A stretch of DNA of 64,000 nucleotides, from NCBI RefSeq assembly GCF_009914755.1, contig NC_060947.1. One strand, given 5' to 3'. Source of the DNA: the human T2T-CHM13v2.0 reference genome, Homo sapiens. Made by a program: the position numbers and the translations under genes. Each line of letters starts with the position of its first letter. Positions within the stretch are counted from its first letter, which is position 1. A model generated the notes under the pieces. It was not told where the DNA came from. It saw only the letters and a program-made list of their open reading frames with translations, and ran no database searches. This document shows positions 30,545-45,339 of the stretch, piece after piece.

Positions 30545-30580
30545 TTTCTTTCTTTCTTTCTTTCTTTCTTTCTTTTTTCT
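30486..30580. repeat. (TTTC)n microsatellite
   Basis: Seen directly. Confidence 0.97.
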
Positions 30581-32174
30581 ATACCTATGAAATTCTTAAA
30601 GGATCTTGTCATACAGTGGATTCTCAGTAAATGTTTATTTATTAAACTTTTTTTTTTGTTCAGTTGACCATGTATGATTGAAGCAAAACAGATCTCTTTC
30701 TGGTTTGGGCCATTGGCTGCATTTGGAAACATCTTTTCCACTTTAATTTCATTTTGGTCCAGTAGAAAGGCCACATGGGAATCTTTTCACTTAGCAAAGG
30801 GCCTATCAAAGAGGCCCAGCTCCCCAAAGGACAATGTCTAATTCTCAGAAAAGATTCTCAAAACACAAACTTTCTAACAGAGCCTGACTCTATTTCTTTC
30901 TTTGAGAGCCAAGAGTTGGTAAAGTCTCATTGGAGATTCATTCTTATAGTATTTATGCCACAGGAGGTGCTCCTGATTTGCCATTTCACATGGAAAATTC
31001 ATAAATGTTATTAACACTTTTCTACTAATTTTTTTGTCTGTCTTCTCTCATCAGGAGCCATAATTAGATATAATATCCGTTTGATTTCCTTCTTCCTGGG
31101 GCTAGGGAGTCTGAGAGTGGTTTAGAAGCACTGCCAGAGGCATTGTAAATGAAATAGCTGTCTGATGGAAGGAACTCTCATCCCCTTTTGAGGTCAACTC
31201 CCTGCCTGTGGTTAGTCGCTGACATGGTAATTGATGGTGGTAACTCGGTGCTACGGCAATAGTATCCATGTACTGATCTTCTGGCCAGACTCCTGAGCTA
31301 GAGGGTCACAATTTGACTTCCACTCAAACAGAAAAATCCCTTTCCCTATACTCTAAGAATGGACTGATATGATTATCTGGAGCAGGCCTGGCAAAATGCC
31401 ATAATACCCAGTCACTGGATTTGGCAGGATTGTGTCTTGGAAGGTAGGGATGGTATATAACAATGAACTAGTGAGTGGCAAAATAGCAAAAATGTCAAGC
31501 ATGGCCTTCATGCTTACTTGCTTGGCATTTCTGCCTCCTTATAACCATTGCTTCTTCTCGAAGTTCCCCATCCTGGCCTGTTCTCTTGAATGGTTGTATG
31601 TGTCCTTTCATGATACTTCCCTCCCATAAAAAAAGGTCCTAGTTTCTGACATATTCCCATTAGAAGACATACATGTGCCACGGACAGAACAACAAACTTG
31701 GAAATGGCATATCTAGAGTCTTCATTAACTTTAAAGACTATAAATGAAATGGCTCCTGAACGCCCTTTTCTTGCCTTCTGCTCTCTACCACTGCCCACAA
31801 CCACCACTCTGTATCTGTGGCTTTGTTGGCATCCTAGGGTATCATACAGAAAAGCCTAGACCCATTTGGCTTGAAAAAATTTTAGAAATTTTGTTGATTT
31901 TATGCTTACTGTCACTATGGGCTTAGGCATTAAGTATCTTAAGCACAAATTATACTGAAATTCTGACTGCATTTTGTAAAGACGAATTTCCTTTCTCCCC
32001 ACTATAATATTTTCCTCTACTTTAGTCATCTCCTGTCACCAAAGAAAAAGGGCATAGGTAGTTAAAGAAAGACTGATGGAAAGAGTAGGCCTGCAAATGT
32101 GACCTTCATCCCTAATTCATACATGTTATACTCAGTGAACTCATCAAGTGATTTTTGAATTGTCTTGATGCAAA

Positions 32175-34210
32175 CTTTATCGAATCTGTAGATCAGTTTG
32201 AGAAGATTGTTATCTTAACAGTATTAAGTGTTCCAACCCACAAACATGGAATGTCTTTCACATGTTTCTCAGTCTTCTTTAATTTCTTTCAATAATGTTT
32301 CATAGTTTTTTGTGTCCAAGTCTTATACTTCTTGAGTTAAATTTCTTCCTAGGTATTTCATTATTTTTGGTGCTATTATAAAGGGAATTGTTTTCTTAAT
32401 TTAGTTTAGGAGTTTTTATTGTTAGTGCAGAGAAATACTAGGGTTTTTTTTTTTTTTTGCATATTGATCATGTATCCTGCAAATATGCTGCACTCATTTA
32501 GTACCTTTAATAGGTTTTTTTTTGTGGATTCTTTAGGTTTTTCTATATGCAAGATTATGTCATCTTTAAGTAGACAGAGTTTTACTTCTTCCTTTCCAAT
32601 CTACATAACTCCTATTTCTTTCCTTGCCTAATTGTCCTACCTAGACCCTCCAGTACAATGTTGAGTAGAAATGATGAGACTGTATATCTTTGTCTTATTT
32701 CCAATCTTAGGGGAAAAGCTTTTAGTCTTTCACCATTAAGTATGATGTTAGCTGTGTGTTTTATGTCTGACATTTTGCTATTTGTTTTCTATATGTCTTA
32801 CGTCATTTTTGTTCCTCAGTTCATACAGCACTGCCTTTTTTGTGTTAAGTAGATATATTCCAGTGTATCATTTTAATTTCTTTGTAGTTTTTCTTATGTT
32901 TTTGTGTTATTTTCTATGTGATTAATTTAGGAATTATCATTAACACTTTAATTATAACAATCCATTTCAGATTAATACTAAATTAATTTTAGTAATATAC
33001 AAAATTTTTGTTCTTCTATAGCTCCATTCTCTCTCTTCCATTATGTTGTTTTTGTCACAAATGACATCTTTATATATTGTATGGCCATGAACAGAGATTT
33101 ATAATGATTGCTTTGTGCAGTTGTCTTATATAGAAAAAAAATGAAGAATGTACTAACAACAAAAATATTGATACTATCTTTTGTATTTACCTATGTATTT
33201 ACCCTTATGAGTTCTTTATTTCTTCATGTGGACTCAAGTTACTGTCTAGTGTCTTTCATTTAGCCTGAAGGAACTCCTTTAGTATTTCTTTGTAGAGAAG
33301 GTATACTAGTAATGAACTTTCTCTGCTCTTGTTTATGTGGGGATATTTTAATTTGTACTTCCTATTTGAAAGATAGTTTTTCCATATATAAAATCCTTGG
33401 TTGACAGGTTTTTTATTCGTCAGTATTTTGATTATGTCATCTCATTGCCTTTGGCATTTATGGTTTCTGGTGAGAAATCAGTTGCTGATCTTTTAAAATA
33501 ATTTAAATTTTTAATTTTTATGGATAACATAATTGTAGTGTATATTTACGGGGTACATTTGATATTTTGATACATGCATAAAATATGTAATGATCAAATC
33601 TGGGTAATTGGATATTCATTACCTCAAACATTTATTATTTCTTTGTGTTGGGAATATTCCAAATCTACTATTCTAGTTATTTTGAAATATACAATAAATT
33701 ATTATTAATTATAGTTACCCTATTTTGCTACTGAATCTAGATCTTATTTCTTCTGTCTAACTGTATCTTGACCCATTAACCAATCCCTATTTATCCTCCC
33801 CCTGACTACCTTTCTGATGTTTTGTATGTGATGAGCTTCTCTCTTGTTGCTTTCAAAATTTTCTCTTTGTATTTGCTTTCAACAGTTTATTATAAAGTAT
33901 ATAAATATAGATCCCTGAGTTTATCCTTCTTGGACTTGGTTCTGCTTCTCAAATGTATAAATTCATGTCTTTCATCAAATTTTGGAAGTTTTTGACCATT
34001 GTTTCTGCAAATATTCTTTCTGTATCTTTTTCTCCTTCTGAGACTCCCTTTATGCATACTTGATGGCATCCCACTTCTGTGAGGCTCTGTCTATTTTCTT
34101 CTATTATTGCCTTTCTGTTCCTCGGATTGGATAATTTCAATTGACCTATCTTCAAGTTGTCTGAGTCATTCTTATGCTTTCTTACATTTGCTATTGAACT
34201 CTTCTAATGA
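32175..34210 (-). mobile_element. old L1M fragments (ORF2 and ORF1 regions) with a nested L1MA 3' end (~33500-33810)
   Basis: Antisense L1 motifs ('caccattaagtatgatgttagctgt'); ORF1-like ERIFAETMVKNFQNLMKDMNLYI. Confidence 0.8.
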
Positions 34211-34592
34211 TTAGACACTCAGAACCTCTTCTATCTTTAAAGAAAAGCAGGACACTCATTGAGAATATCCTGAATATAAACAAATTTTCATTCTGGTTTA
34301 TAAAGCAGGTCTCATGAGCTTCCTTAGTATTTAATCAGTCCCCTATGGCTGGAACACTCTGAGGTAAATGGATAAAATCAAGCTCTTGAACACACAAAGC
34401 TGAATCCAGACTGATACTGATCCTGTGAGGGTCCACTCAAGGAAGGGCACTTTGAGAGATACAGCCTGAGTAGCCTGCTAGCTCTCTGCTCTCCAGTGAG
34501 TGATTATTGCATAACCAATAGTTTATCTCTAATTTAATGTAATTATTTTAGTTACTTTAGTTATAATTATTAGGTCTCTCATTATATGCCTC

Positions 34593-34967
34593 TGTTATAG
34601 ACTAAATATTTGTGTTCCCTCAAAATTCATATGTTGAAGCCCTAATCCCCAATGTGATAGTATTTAGAAATGGGGCCTTTGAGTGGTAATTAGGGTTAGA
34701 TGGGGTCATGAGGGTTGGGCTCAAGATGGGAAGAATGCCCTTTTATGAAGAGACGTCAGAGAGTTTGCTTCCCCTCTCTGTACCATATGAAGACATAGTG
34801 AGAAAGCAGCCATTCACAAGCCATGAAGGGAGCCCTCACCATAACTCAACTATGCTGGCACCCTGATCTTGGACTTCCAGCCTCTAGAGCTATGAGAGAA
34901 TTAATTTCTGTAGTTTAAACCACCAAGTCTGTGGCATTTTGTTATGGCAGCCCTAGCTGACAAATTA
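34593..34967 (+). mobile_element. MLT1A-type MaLR solo LTR
   Basis: 'tgttatagactaaa...caaaattcatatgttgaagccctaatcccc...gacttccagcctctagagctatgaga...gttatggcagccctagc'; 5-bp TSD gcctc / gcctt. Confidence 0.88.
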
Positions 34968-35149
34968 GCCTTCTTTTCCTAATATTATGACTCTGACCTT
35001 AACCTGAAAATGTACTAGAGCCAAATAGTGAACATCAACAGACCAACCCTCTTCCAGAGCAGAGTGGGAACAGGAAACCACACACTGAAAGGCATATGCT
35101 AATTAAATCATAACAATTATCGTGTAGCCTTTCCCATTGTTTTTATATA

Positions 35150-35650
35150 ATGTTGTGAACACCTGAAAAGATAACTACGGAAGTACTAACTCACATGCCA
35201 AACAGAATATACTAAGTTTAGAATGAAAGCTATAAGCTACGGGGTGCTGAAGGAAAGAGAGCTTAATGGAGCATATGCCATTTAATTTAGAGCTTGAAGA
35301 ATAAGTAAGGTTTAGATGGAAGATAAAGCATGCCAAGCACTGTTAATGGCATGGGCAAAAGCATGGAAGTAGGATAATGCAAAATTTCTGTTTTTAGGAA
35401 AAGTGAACAGACCAGTTTGATTGGACAAGATAATCAACATAGGAGTAGTAAGAATAGATGAGGCTTGAAAGAAAGGTTGAGGCAGAATGTGGATGGTCCT
35501 AAAGATGAAGCATGTGAACTTTGTCCTGCAGGAAGTACAGAGCCATTTCAGTTGTTTTAGTTGGTGGAAGAGAAGAGTTGACATGGTGACTATCATATTC
35601 CCTAGTGAAGATGATCATTCACTTCAAGCATAGAGACAGGAAGCTATTTG
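35150..35650 (-). mobile_element. L2 fragment
   Basis: Degenerate purine-rich antisense L2 pattern. Confidence 0.45.
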
Positions 35651-36284
35651 AAAAATTGAAACAGTGAAGTAAATAAATGTTCAGGTCTATGAATTGGGAC
35701 TAGGAACATATTATTATAGAAGACATTCAGTTAGTCGCATTCTCTTTCACTTCAGCCATTTCATTTATTGCTTTGTCCCATCTGTCTACTCATTTAAACA
35801 ATCAACTCATTCCTCCATCATTCCCCAATTAAGTTGGAAAGTCCCACTTGATTCCTAATTGTGAATAAGCTCTAGGCTTGGTGAGCCTGAAGTTATCCTC
35901 TTTGGGGTCTTGGGTATTTAAAAAATAGACCCTCTAACTCAAAACACTACGGCTGTGAAGTACTGGTCTGCTGATTGGGAGATAAGTAGTACTGAGGTTG
36001 CTGCATGAGATTTATATTTTGCTTGAGTATTTCACATAGGATTCTAGTTAATGGAGCCTAGAAATTGCCCCACAGTAACTGTATTAATTGGTATGTATCT
36101 TTCAATGTACAATATCCTGATTCCTAGGATTTGTCTGTTGGCATTTTGTGTTTAGTTCTGGTACCTCATTAGACAGACATGATAGAAAGACAATAAATAC
36201 TTACAATGATAAAAGTGATAGAAACACAACTTTGAGGGGAAAAGAAGCAAACGATTTTTTTTGAGTGGCCCAAATTCGTTTTCT

Positions 36285-37255
36285 AAACTTTTTATTTTGA
36301 GACAATTATAGATTTACATATGATTACCAGAAACAGTAGGGAGAGATCTAACGCACTCTTTACCCATTTTCTGCCATTGTAACATCTTGCAGTCTATTGT
36401 GTAATATCACAACCAGGATATTGATAGGGATACAGTCAAGTTAAATAATGTTTCCATTGCCACTAGAATCCCTCATGTTGCTCTTTCATAGACACTCCCA
36501 CTTCTCCCATCTCTATCTCCACCTTAATCACTAGCATATACTAATCTGTTCTCTATTTCTATAATTCTGTCATTTCAAGAATGTTATATAAAGGAAGTCA
36601 TGCAGTATGTAACCATTGGGATTTTTTTTTCACTTGACGTAATTTTCTCGATTCATCTAAGTTGTTGCATGCATTAATAGTTTATTTCTTCTTATTGCTG
36701 AGTAGTAGTCCGTGGTATGAATGTTACATAGTTTGTGTAACCATTTACCTGTTGAAGGGAATTTGGATTGTTTATAGTTTTTAGCTATCATGAATAAAGC
36801 TGCTATGAGCATGTATATACAGGTTTTTGTGTGAACATTACTCTCCGTTTCTCTGGGATAAATGCCCAGGAGTGCAATTGCTGGATCATATTGTATTTGC
36901 ATACTAGTTTTTTTTTAAATAGCTAAACTGTTTTCCAAAATGACTGTACTGTTTTATAGTCTAACCAGCAATGTATGAGTACAGTTCTTCTGCATCCTTG
37001 CCAACATTTGGTGTTGTCACAATTTTTAATTGTCAATTTTATGGGTGTGTAGTGACATCTCCTTGTGGTTTTAATTTGCATTTCCCTGATGACTAATGAC
37101 ATTAAACATCTTTTCATGAAATAATTTTAATCTGTATATACTCTTTAGTAGAATGTCTCTTCATGTCTTTTGCCTATGTTATAATCAGATTGTTCTAGCG
37201 TTTTTCTTAAACTGTTGAATTATAAAATTTCTTCATATACTTTAGACACTAGTCC
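36285..37255 (-). mobile_element. L1MC/MB 3' fragment
   Basis: Antisense 3'UTR and ORF2 peptide YDPAIALLGIYPRE. Confidence 0.85.
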
Positions 37256-37259
37256 TTAG

Positions 37260-37598
37260 TCTTCACATCCTCACCAACACTAGTTGTCTTTTGTCTTTTT
37301 GATAATGGCCATGCTAACAGCAATGAGGTGATATCTCATTGCAGTTTTGATTCACGTTTCCCTGATGATTAGTGATGTTGAGCATTTTTCATATAACTAT
37401 TTATATGTTTGTATGTCTTCTTTTGGGAATTGCCTAGTCAGGTCCTTTGCCCATTTAAAAAACAACAACTCAATAGCAAGAATACAAATAATCCATTTTT
37501 TAAATGGGCAAAGGACCTGACTAGGCAATTCCCAAAAGAAGACATACAAATGGTCAACAGTTGTTATATGAAAAAAAAAAAAGCTCAATATCACTAAT
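37260..37598. mobile_element. L1MA fragment in fold-back arrangement, with a perfect 55-bp inverted repeat
   Basis: 37408-37462 is the exact reverse complement of 37496-37550. Confidence 0.92.
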
Positions 37599-37614
37599 GT
37601 ACTCTGCACTTGTT

Positions 37615-38260
37615 AGGTGGAGTGAAGAGAGGGATAGGTCCTTATTAATGCTGGGGTGGAGTGGAAGTCCAAGTTCCCCATCTGGTCTTCACTGATACTG
37701 TGGAGGGGCAGCTCATTCTTGGCTGCCCAGTGATGAAATTCTCAGCTTCTTGCTTGGCCTTATCTGGTACAACTTCAGCATGGCGGATGGACCACCTCAT
37801 TACAACCTTGGGAGTGTGGAAATCCAGCTCTCTATGTAGCCTTTACTGGTGTGGGGGCATGAAGTCACAATTTTTCTCTGTGGTGTATGGCTGAAATGGA
37901 GTAGTATTGTATAAAAGTCTTTTCTCTTGCTAAGCTTCTTTACTGGTGAGAGAGACAAAGCTTTTGGAGGGCCTTTTTTTTATCTGCACCATTGACATTA
38001 CTGGCTTTTCAGCCACAAGTCTGAGGTATATGAGGCAAAACAAAAACCAGGTGCCCTCCCCTCCATGTCATTGCTTGGGTCCCAAGGTGTTTCACTGCTG
38101 TGCTTTCTTCTCTCTACCCTTCAGAATTTTCTTATATTTGTTTTTCTTTGTATTTTTGCATTTGTTTGTCTTTGTATTTTTGTATTTTTCAGGATTGTAG
38201 TTGACTTAGTGGGGGAAATAAAGAAAATTACATGTACTGAATATTCCTGGAAACAGAAGT
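37615..38260. mobile_element. MER21-like ERV LTR
   Basis: 'ggaagtccaagttcccca...tatatgaggcaaaa...tgtcattgcttgggtcc' resembles MER21. Confidence 0.55.
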
Positions 38261-38542
38261 CCCAAATTAGTTTCTGTAGACGTCATTTTTATGATCTTTT
38301 TCTTCACAGCCTCATAAATAGCTAATCTCTAACTGCTTTTCTGTATAGTACAGGGATACAGAAGAAGATAAGTTCAGAGCAGAAGGCCTCGTCTGAGAGT
38401 CTGATACTGAGCATCTGGTGGGAGATTAGGACTCACCAAAAAAAATGTGACTAAGCAGATAATGGAGCACTAAAGAAATCTGAGGTTGTTACTGTCCACG
38501 GGGGGAAGCATGCTCTGAAGAAAATACTTTCATGCATAGATA

Positions 38543-38820
38543 AATGGTACAGTGGGAAAGAAACTGGGACATTCTACTTTCTAACACATATCAGAGTTAC
38601 CTGTCTGGTTTATTATCTCTCTCTCTCCCCACTAGTATATAAGCTTCATGAAGTCAGAGATTTTTCTCTGATTTATTTGTCAGATACAGATTTATTTATT
38701 ATCATGTGTCCCCAGAGCCTAAAATGGTACGTGTCATATAGTAGGCTCCCAGTAAACATTTGTTGAATGAATGTATGAATGAATAAATGGCTCGAAGTTG
38801 GGAGAACTAGCATTCTGGTC
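38543..38820 (+). repeat. copy 1 of a local direct duplication (L2 3' end plus flanks)
   Basis: Colinear with 40613-40886. Confidence 0.9.
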
Positions 38821-39368
38821 CTGACTTTGCCACTAACTAGAGATCTTAACCAGGCCGCATTCTTTTGCTGGGCTCAGTTTCTAATGTTACAAAAGATGAG
38901 AGCTGCAGTAAAAGATCATTCATGTCCTTTTGTCCTCTATTATTCAATAGTTCTGTGAATATTTATACCCTTTGTATAAATTATCTAAAATATCTATTTA
39001 TCTATTTACCCATTCATCTGCCCTTCCAGTCACCCATCCATCCATCTCCCCATCGATCTATTTAACTATCCATCCCTCCATTCAACATTTCTTGAATGCT
39101 GACTATGTGCCAAGGCCTTTAAGATATACAAGGATTTATATCAGAGATAGAGCATGTGATGAAAATTGTGCAGATTGTTACTATGGAGAAATGCGGAGTG
39201 TCATGGAGTATATAGCTGTACATAACCTCTAAGCTAAGGGGCTAGGTACTGTTCTTTGTGCCGCAACTTGAAGGAAGATTAAGAGTTAACTAGGTGAGAG
39301 CAGTAGAATTGCAGAAGTGGGTAGAACATTACAAGCAGAGGTAACAACAGATATAAAGACCTGAAGCA

Positions 39369-39736
<368 letters not shown>

Positions 39737-40269
39737 CTAAGGGCAGAGTGGTATTGAGGTAAGATTCAAGAGACTGAAAGGCACCAGTAAGGCCTTGAAA
39801 GAGTGCTAAGAAACCAAATATGGGCACATCTTGTCCTTCCTTTTAGCTACTTGAGAAAGAATGGATGAATGGTGGGTGGAGGAGGCCCCATTAACCTCAT
39901 TCTATCTCCCCTTTCTGCTTTTGTATTTCATTATTGGAGACTTTGTATACAATGAGAGAGTGGTAGATGACATTGTTAGATTAGATTCAAGAAAGGATTA
40001 TTTGGTTAAAAGTTATTAGGCTTGTCACAAGACTAACTGCTGTGTAGGTCACTCCTCATAAGACCATTTGGATGAAACTCACTTCCTAGAAGGGGCCCGC
40101 AAGCTCATTAAACAGTACCAGAAAATTACTCAAACATTTTATCAATAATGATAGATACTTTTCAAAAGGAGCTATTAGTCACATTGCACAGCAAAGGTCT
40201 GCTCTGGATCATCCTCACATTTTAATAATTTCCTTTCTTAATTGTAAAAAGACTAGTAATGGTAGTAGT

Positions 40270-40560
40270 CATAATAGTTAAATTTTATTGAGCATTTATT
40301 CTGTGGTGGGCACATTATTAATGGCGTTCTATGCAGTATTTTATTTGTTATGTGCCGGGCACTCTTCTATGCGTTTTATATAACTCATTAAATTCATACC
40401 ACAACCTAGAGGTAGGAATCATTATCATCCCCATTCTACAGCTGAGGAAACTCAAACCTAGAGGAAGGAGTAAGTTTGTTGTTTAAGATCCCCCAGATAG
40501 TTAGTAGGGAACCCATAATTCAAACTTAGGTAGTCTAACTTCAGGAATTGGGCCTAAAAC
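40270..40560 (-). mobile_element. MIR
   Basis: 'attatcatccccattctacagctgaggaaact'. Confidence 0.75.
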
Positions 40561-40612
40561 TACTTGGCTTTGTTGTGACCTAAGTCAACACAGACTGTCC
40601 GTGCCAACATGC

Positions 40613-40886
40613 AATGTGACAGGGGGAAAGAGACTGGGATATTCTACTTTCCCACACATATCAGAGTTCCCTATCTGATTTATTCTCTCTCTCCCCACTA
40701 GTACATAAGCTTCATGAAGTCAGAGATTTTGGCTGATTTATTTATCAGATACATGATTTATTTATTATCATGTGTCCCCAGAGGCTAGAACTGTGTCTGT
40801 CATATAGTAGGCTCCCAATAAATATTTGTTGAATGAATGTATGAGAGAATAAATGGCTTGAAGTTGGGAGAACTAGAATTCCGGCC
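40613..40886 (+). repeat. copy 2 of the local direct duplication
   Basis: Colinear with 38543-38820. Confidence 0.9.
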
Positions 40887-41330
40887 AAAAACTAACGAAG
40901 GGGTCAAAAATGCCAGGACTTGACAAGTAGACACCAGAATCCAGTTATTGAATTAAGAATTGGTGAGAAGGACAGGTTCAGGTACTGGGGTGAATTACCC
41001 AGGGCATCCTAACCTGAATGGGGCTGATTTGAACACCAAAGTTAGTGAGGTGATCCTGAGTTAAAAGCCAATAGGAACAAACCAGAAGTCAGGGTGGAAA
41101 CACCATTATTATCCATGAGTCTGCAATCATTCGGATTAGCTCTGGTGGTTTGAAGACATGCTCCCTTTGAAATCCTGGTGCTGCTGCCCCATGTAAAGGT
41201 AGGCTTTTGTATTTGTCAGGGGCAGGATAGAAAAGCAAAAGAGTTGGAATTCAGAGAGTGTACAAAGCAAGACGAGGGAAAGGAATAATGAGGAAGGATC
41301 TCTTCTATTACCATTATTTGAATCCTACCT

Positions 41331-41700
41331 TGTATTAGTCCATTTTCATACTGCTATAAAGAATTGCTTGAGATTGGGTAATTTATAAAGAAAAGAGGTT
41401 TAATTGACTTACAGTTCAGCACTGCCGAGGAGACCTCAGCAAACTTACAATCATGACAGAAGGAGAAGCAAGGCACCTTCTTCACAAGGCGGCAAGAAGA
41501 AGCGCTGAGCGAAGGGAGAAGAGTCCCTTATAAAACCATCAGGTTTCGTAAGAACTCACTCACTATCATGAGAACTGCATGGGGGAAACCACCCCCATGA
41601 TTCAATTACCTCCACCTGGTCTCTCCATTGACACATGAGGATTATGGGGATTACAATTCAAGATGAGATTTGGGTGGGGACACAAAGCCTAACCCTTTCA
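41331..41700 (-). mobile_element. THE1 (THE1D-like) solo LTR
   Basis: 'tgtattagtccattttcatactgctataaag...gatgagatttgggtggggacaca'; TSD tacct / cacct. Confidence 0.92.
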
Positions 41701-41761
41701 CACCTCCTTCTTGTTATACCATTCTACTATTTGTAGTTTGTTGTATGTGTATGTTGTATAT

Positions 41762-41785
41762 TGTAAGTGATGTACATCACTTACA
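41762..41785. repeat. perfect 24-bp palindrome
   Basis: tgtaagtgatgtacatcacttaca equals its own reverse complement. Confidence 0.97.
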
Positions 41786-42327
41786 TCCAGTCTTAGAGTC
41801 CTCAAGTGGAATTCTCTTCCACTCACCTATATCTCAAAGTCATCTTTAAGAGAGTAAGTGCCTTCATTCATGGTTATAGTGCACTTGAAACATGTCAAGG
41901 ACCTGAGAAATACAAGTAATAAACAATGAAGTAGAGGAGGACTGAAGAGCACCTAACCCACCGGGAGCACAGTTGAGAACCAGATAATAAGGGGAAAATA
42001 GCTTCTGAAAAAAAAATTAGGTTGAAATGAGAGCCTGCAGGAGAGCCTCCTTTTGTGTGAGAAATGCATTTTTTTTAGAACTTGGGTTTTACATTATCTA
42101 TTTACTTTTTAAATATGCATTGATTTTAAAAACATTTTATTTGGGGATAATTGAAGCTACATGCTGTTGTAAGAAATAATACAGAGATATCCCAAGTACA
42201 CTACCTAGTTTCCCCAATAATGACATCTTGCATAACTACAGAACATGTCACGCCAGGAAATTAATATTGATAAAATCCACTTATTAAATTTAGATTTCCT
42301 CAGTTTTACTTGGACTCAGTAGTTTGT

Positions 42328-42377
<50 letters not shown>

Positions 42378-42857
42378 ACTTCTATGCAGTTTCATCACAT
42401 GAGCATATTTGTGTAACCACCACCACAGTCAAGATACAGTACAGTTCCATGACTACAAGGATCCTCTGTGTTGCCCTTTAATAACCAAACTCACCTCCCT
42501 CTCATAATCTTCACCCCTTCCACAACCCCTGTCTATAACAAATATGTGCGTCATTTCTGTAATTTTGTCATTTCAAAAAGTTATTCAAATCATTCAGTGT
42601 GTTACCTTTTGGAGTTGGCTTTTCTTCACCTATCATAATTCTCTGGAGAGTCATCCAAGTTGTTGCTTCTTTCAATAGCTCACTCCTTTTTATTTTTGAG
42701 TAATATTCCATTTTGCAGACATAACATGGTTTGTATAACCTTTTACCTGCACAAGACCATCTGTGTTACTTCTGGTTTGTGGCTATTATAAATAAAGCTG
42801 GTATGGAAATCTGTACAGGTTTTTAAGTGCATATGAATTTTTAGTTATCTGAGATAA

Positions 42858-43206
<349 letters not shown>

Positions 43207-44431
43207 TAAAAAAACTGTCAAACTGTTTTCCAGAGTGATTGTACCATTTTAAATCCCAATGGCAATATATAAGTGATCCAGTTTCACTGCATCTTCCCTG
43301 GTATATGCTGTTTTCACTATTTTTCAATTTTTGTCATTCTGATAGGTGTGTAGTGATATGTCGTTGTTTTAATTTGCATTTTTCTGCTGATTAATAATGT
43401 CGAACATCTTTTCATGTGCTTATTTATCCTCTGCATATCTTTTTCAGAGAACTGTCTCTTCGTATCTCTTGCCCATGTTCTACTTGGATGGTTTGTATTT
43501 TTATTGTTGAGTTTTGAGAGTTCTAAATACTAGTCCTTTGTTGAACATAGGGGTTGCGAATATTTTCTCTCCACCTGTAATTTGTCATTGCATCCTCTTA
43601 AGTTCTTTCACAAAGAAAAAGTATTTAATTTTGATGGAGTCCAGTTTATCACATTTTTCTTTTCTGAATTGCTTTTGTAGATGATTAAAGCTAAGACATC
43701 TTTGCCTATTCCTAGAGTATGAAGATTTCCTCTTATTTTTTATTCTTCAAAATTACATTTTTAGTTTTATATTTAAGTCTATAATCCATTTGGAGATACT
43801 TTCTGTATAGGGAGTGAGGTTTAGGTCAGGATTCATTTTTATGCCCTAGTGTCCAAGTGTTCTAGCACCACTTGTTAAAAAGACTTCTTTTCCTCCTTTG
43901 ATTGAATTTTCTTCCTTTTTCTCATATGTTGGGCATATTCATATGGGTCGATTTCTGGCTTCTCTGTTCTGTTCCATTGATCTATGTGTCTGTCCCTCCA
44001 CTGATACAACTCTGTCTTGGTTGTATCAGCTATATAGCTATATAGTAAGCCTTCATATCAGGTAGAGTGATTCCTCCCACTTTATTCTTCTTTGTTGAGG
44101 TTATTTTAGCTATTCTAGGGCCTATGACTTCCCATGTACATTTTAGAATAAGCTCGTCCATGTCTAAAATAATTTTGCTAGGATTTTGATAATAATTGCT
44201 TAAACACAAAATAAAACAATTCAGGGAAAACTGACATCTTTACTAGTTGAATCTCCCAATCCATAAATGTGATATGTCTTTCCAATTATTGAGGTCTTTG
44301 ATTTCTTTCACCAGCATTTTGTAGTTTTGAGTATGGAAATGCTGTACATGTTGTTATGTCTACATCTTAGTATTGCATTGTCATTGGAGCAATTGCAAAT
44401 GGCATTGTGTTTTTAATTTTAGTTTCTAAAT

Positions 44432-45339
44432 GCCAAAAGGCATATGAAAAGGTGCTCAACATAATTGATCATCAGAGAAATGCAAACCAAAACTACAATG
44501 AGATATCATCTCACACCAGTTAAAATGCCTTATATCAAAAGACAAGCAATAAGGAATGCTAACAAGGATGTGGAGAAAAGGGAACGCTTGCGCACTGTTG
44601 GTGGGAATGTACAACCACTATGGAGATCGGTTTGAAGGTTTCTCAATAAACTAAAAATTGAGCTACAATATGATCTAGCAATCTCATTGCTGGCTATATA
44701 CCCAAAAAAAAGGAAACCAGTGTATCGAAGGGATATCTGCATGTCTATGTTTGTTGCAGCACTGTTCACAATAGCCAAGATTTGGAAGCAACCTAAGTGT
44801 TCATCAACAGGTGAATGGATAAAGAATATGTAGTACTTATATACAATGGAGTACTGTTCAGTCATAAAACAGAATGAGATCTGGTCATTTCTAACAACAT
44901 AGATGGAAATGGAGATCATTATGTTAAGTGAAATAAGCTAGGTGCAGAAAGACAAACATCTCATGTTCTCACTTATCTTTGGGAACTAAAAATCAAAACA
45001 ATTGAACTCATGGACATAGAGAGTAGAAGGATGGTTACCAGAGGCTGGGATGGGTAGTGAGGGGTTGCAAGGGAGGTGAGGGTGGTTAAAAAATAGCCAG
45101 AAGAATGAATAAGACCTACTATTTGACAGCACAACAGAGTGACTGTAGTAAATAATAACTGTACATTTTAAAATAACTTATAGAGTATAATTGAGTTGTT
45201 TGCAACTCAATGGATAAATGCTTGAGGGGATGAATACCCCATTCTTCATGATGTGCTTATTTTACATCGCATGCCTGGATTGAAACATCTCATTTCCCCA
45301 TAAATATATACACATATGTACGCACAACTTAAAAAAAAA
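44432..45339 (+). mobile_element. L1MA2/3-like 3' fragment
   Basis: 'atgaataagacctactatttga...ggataaatgcttgaggggatg' 3'UTR plus A-tail. Confidence 0.9.
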
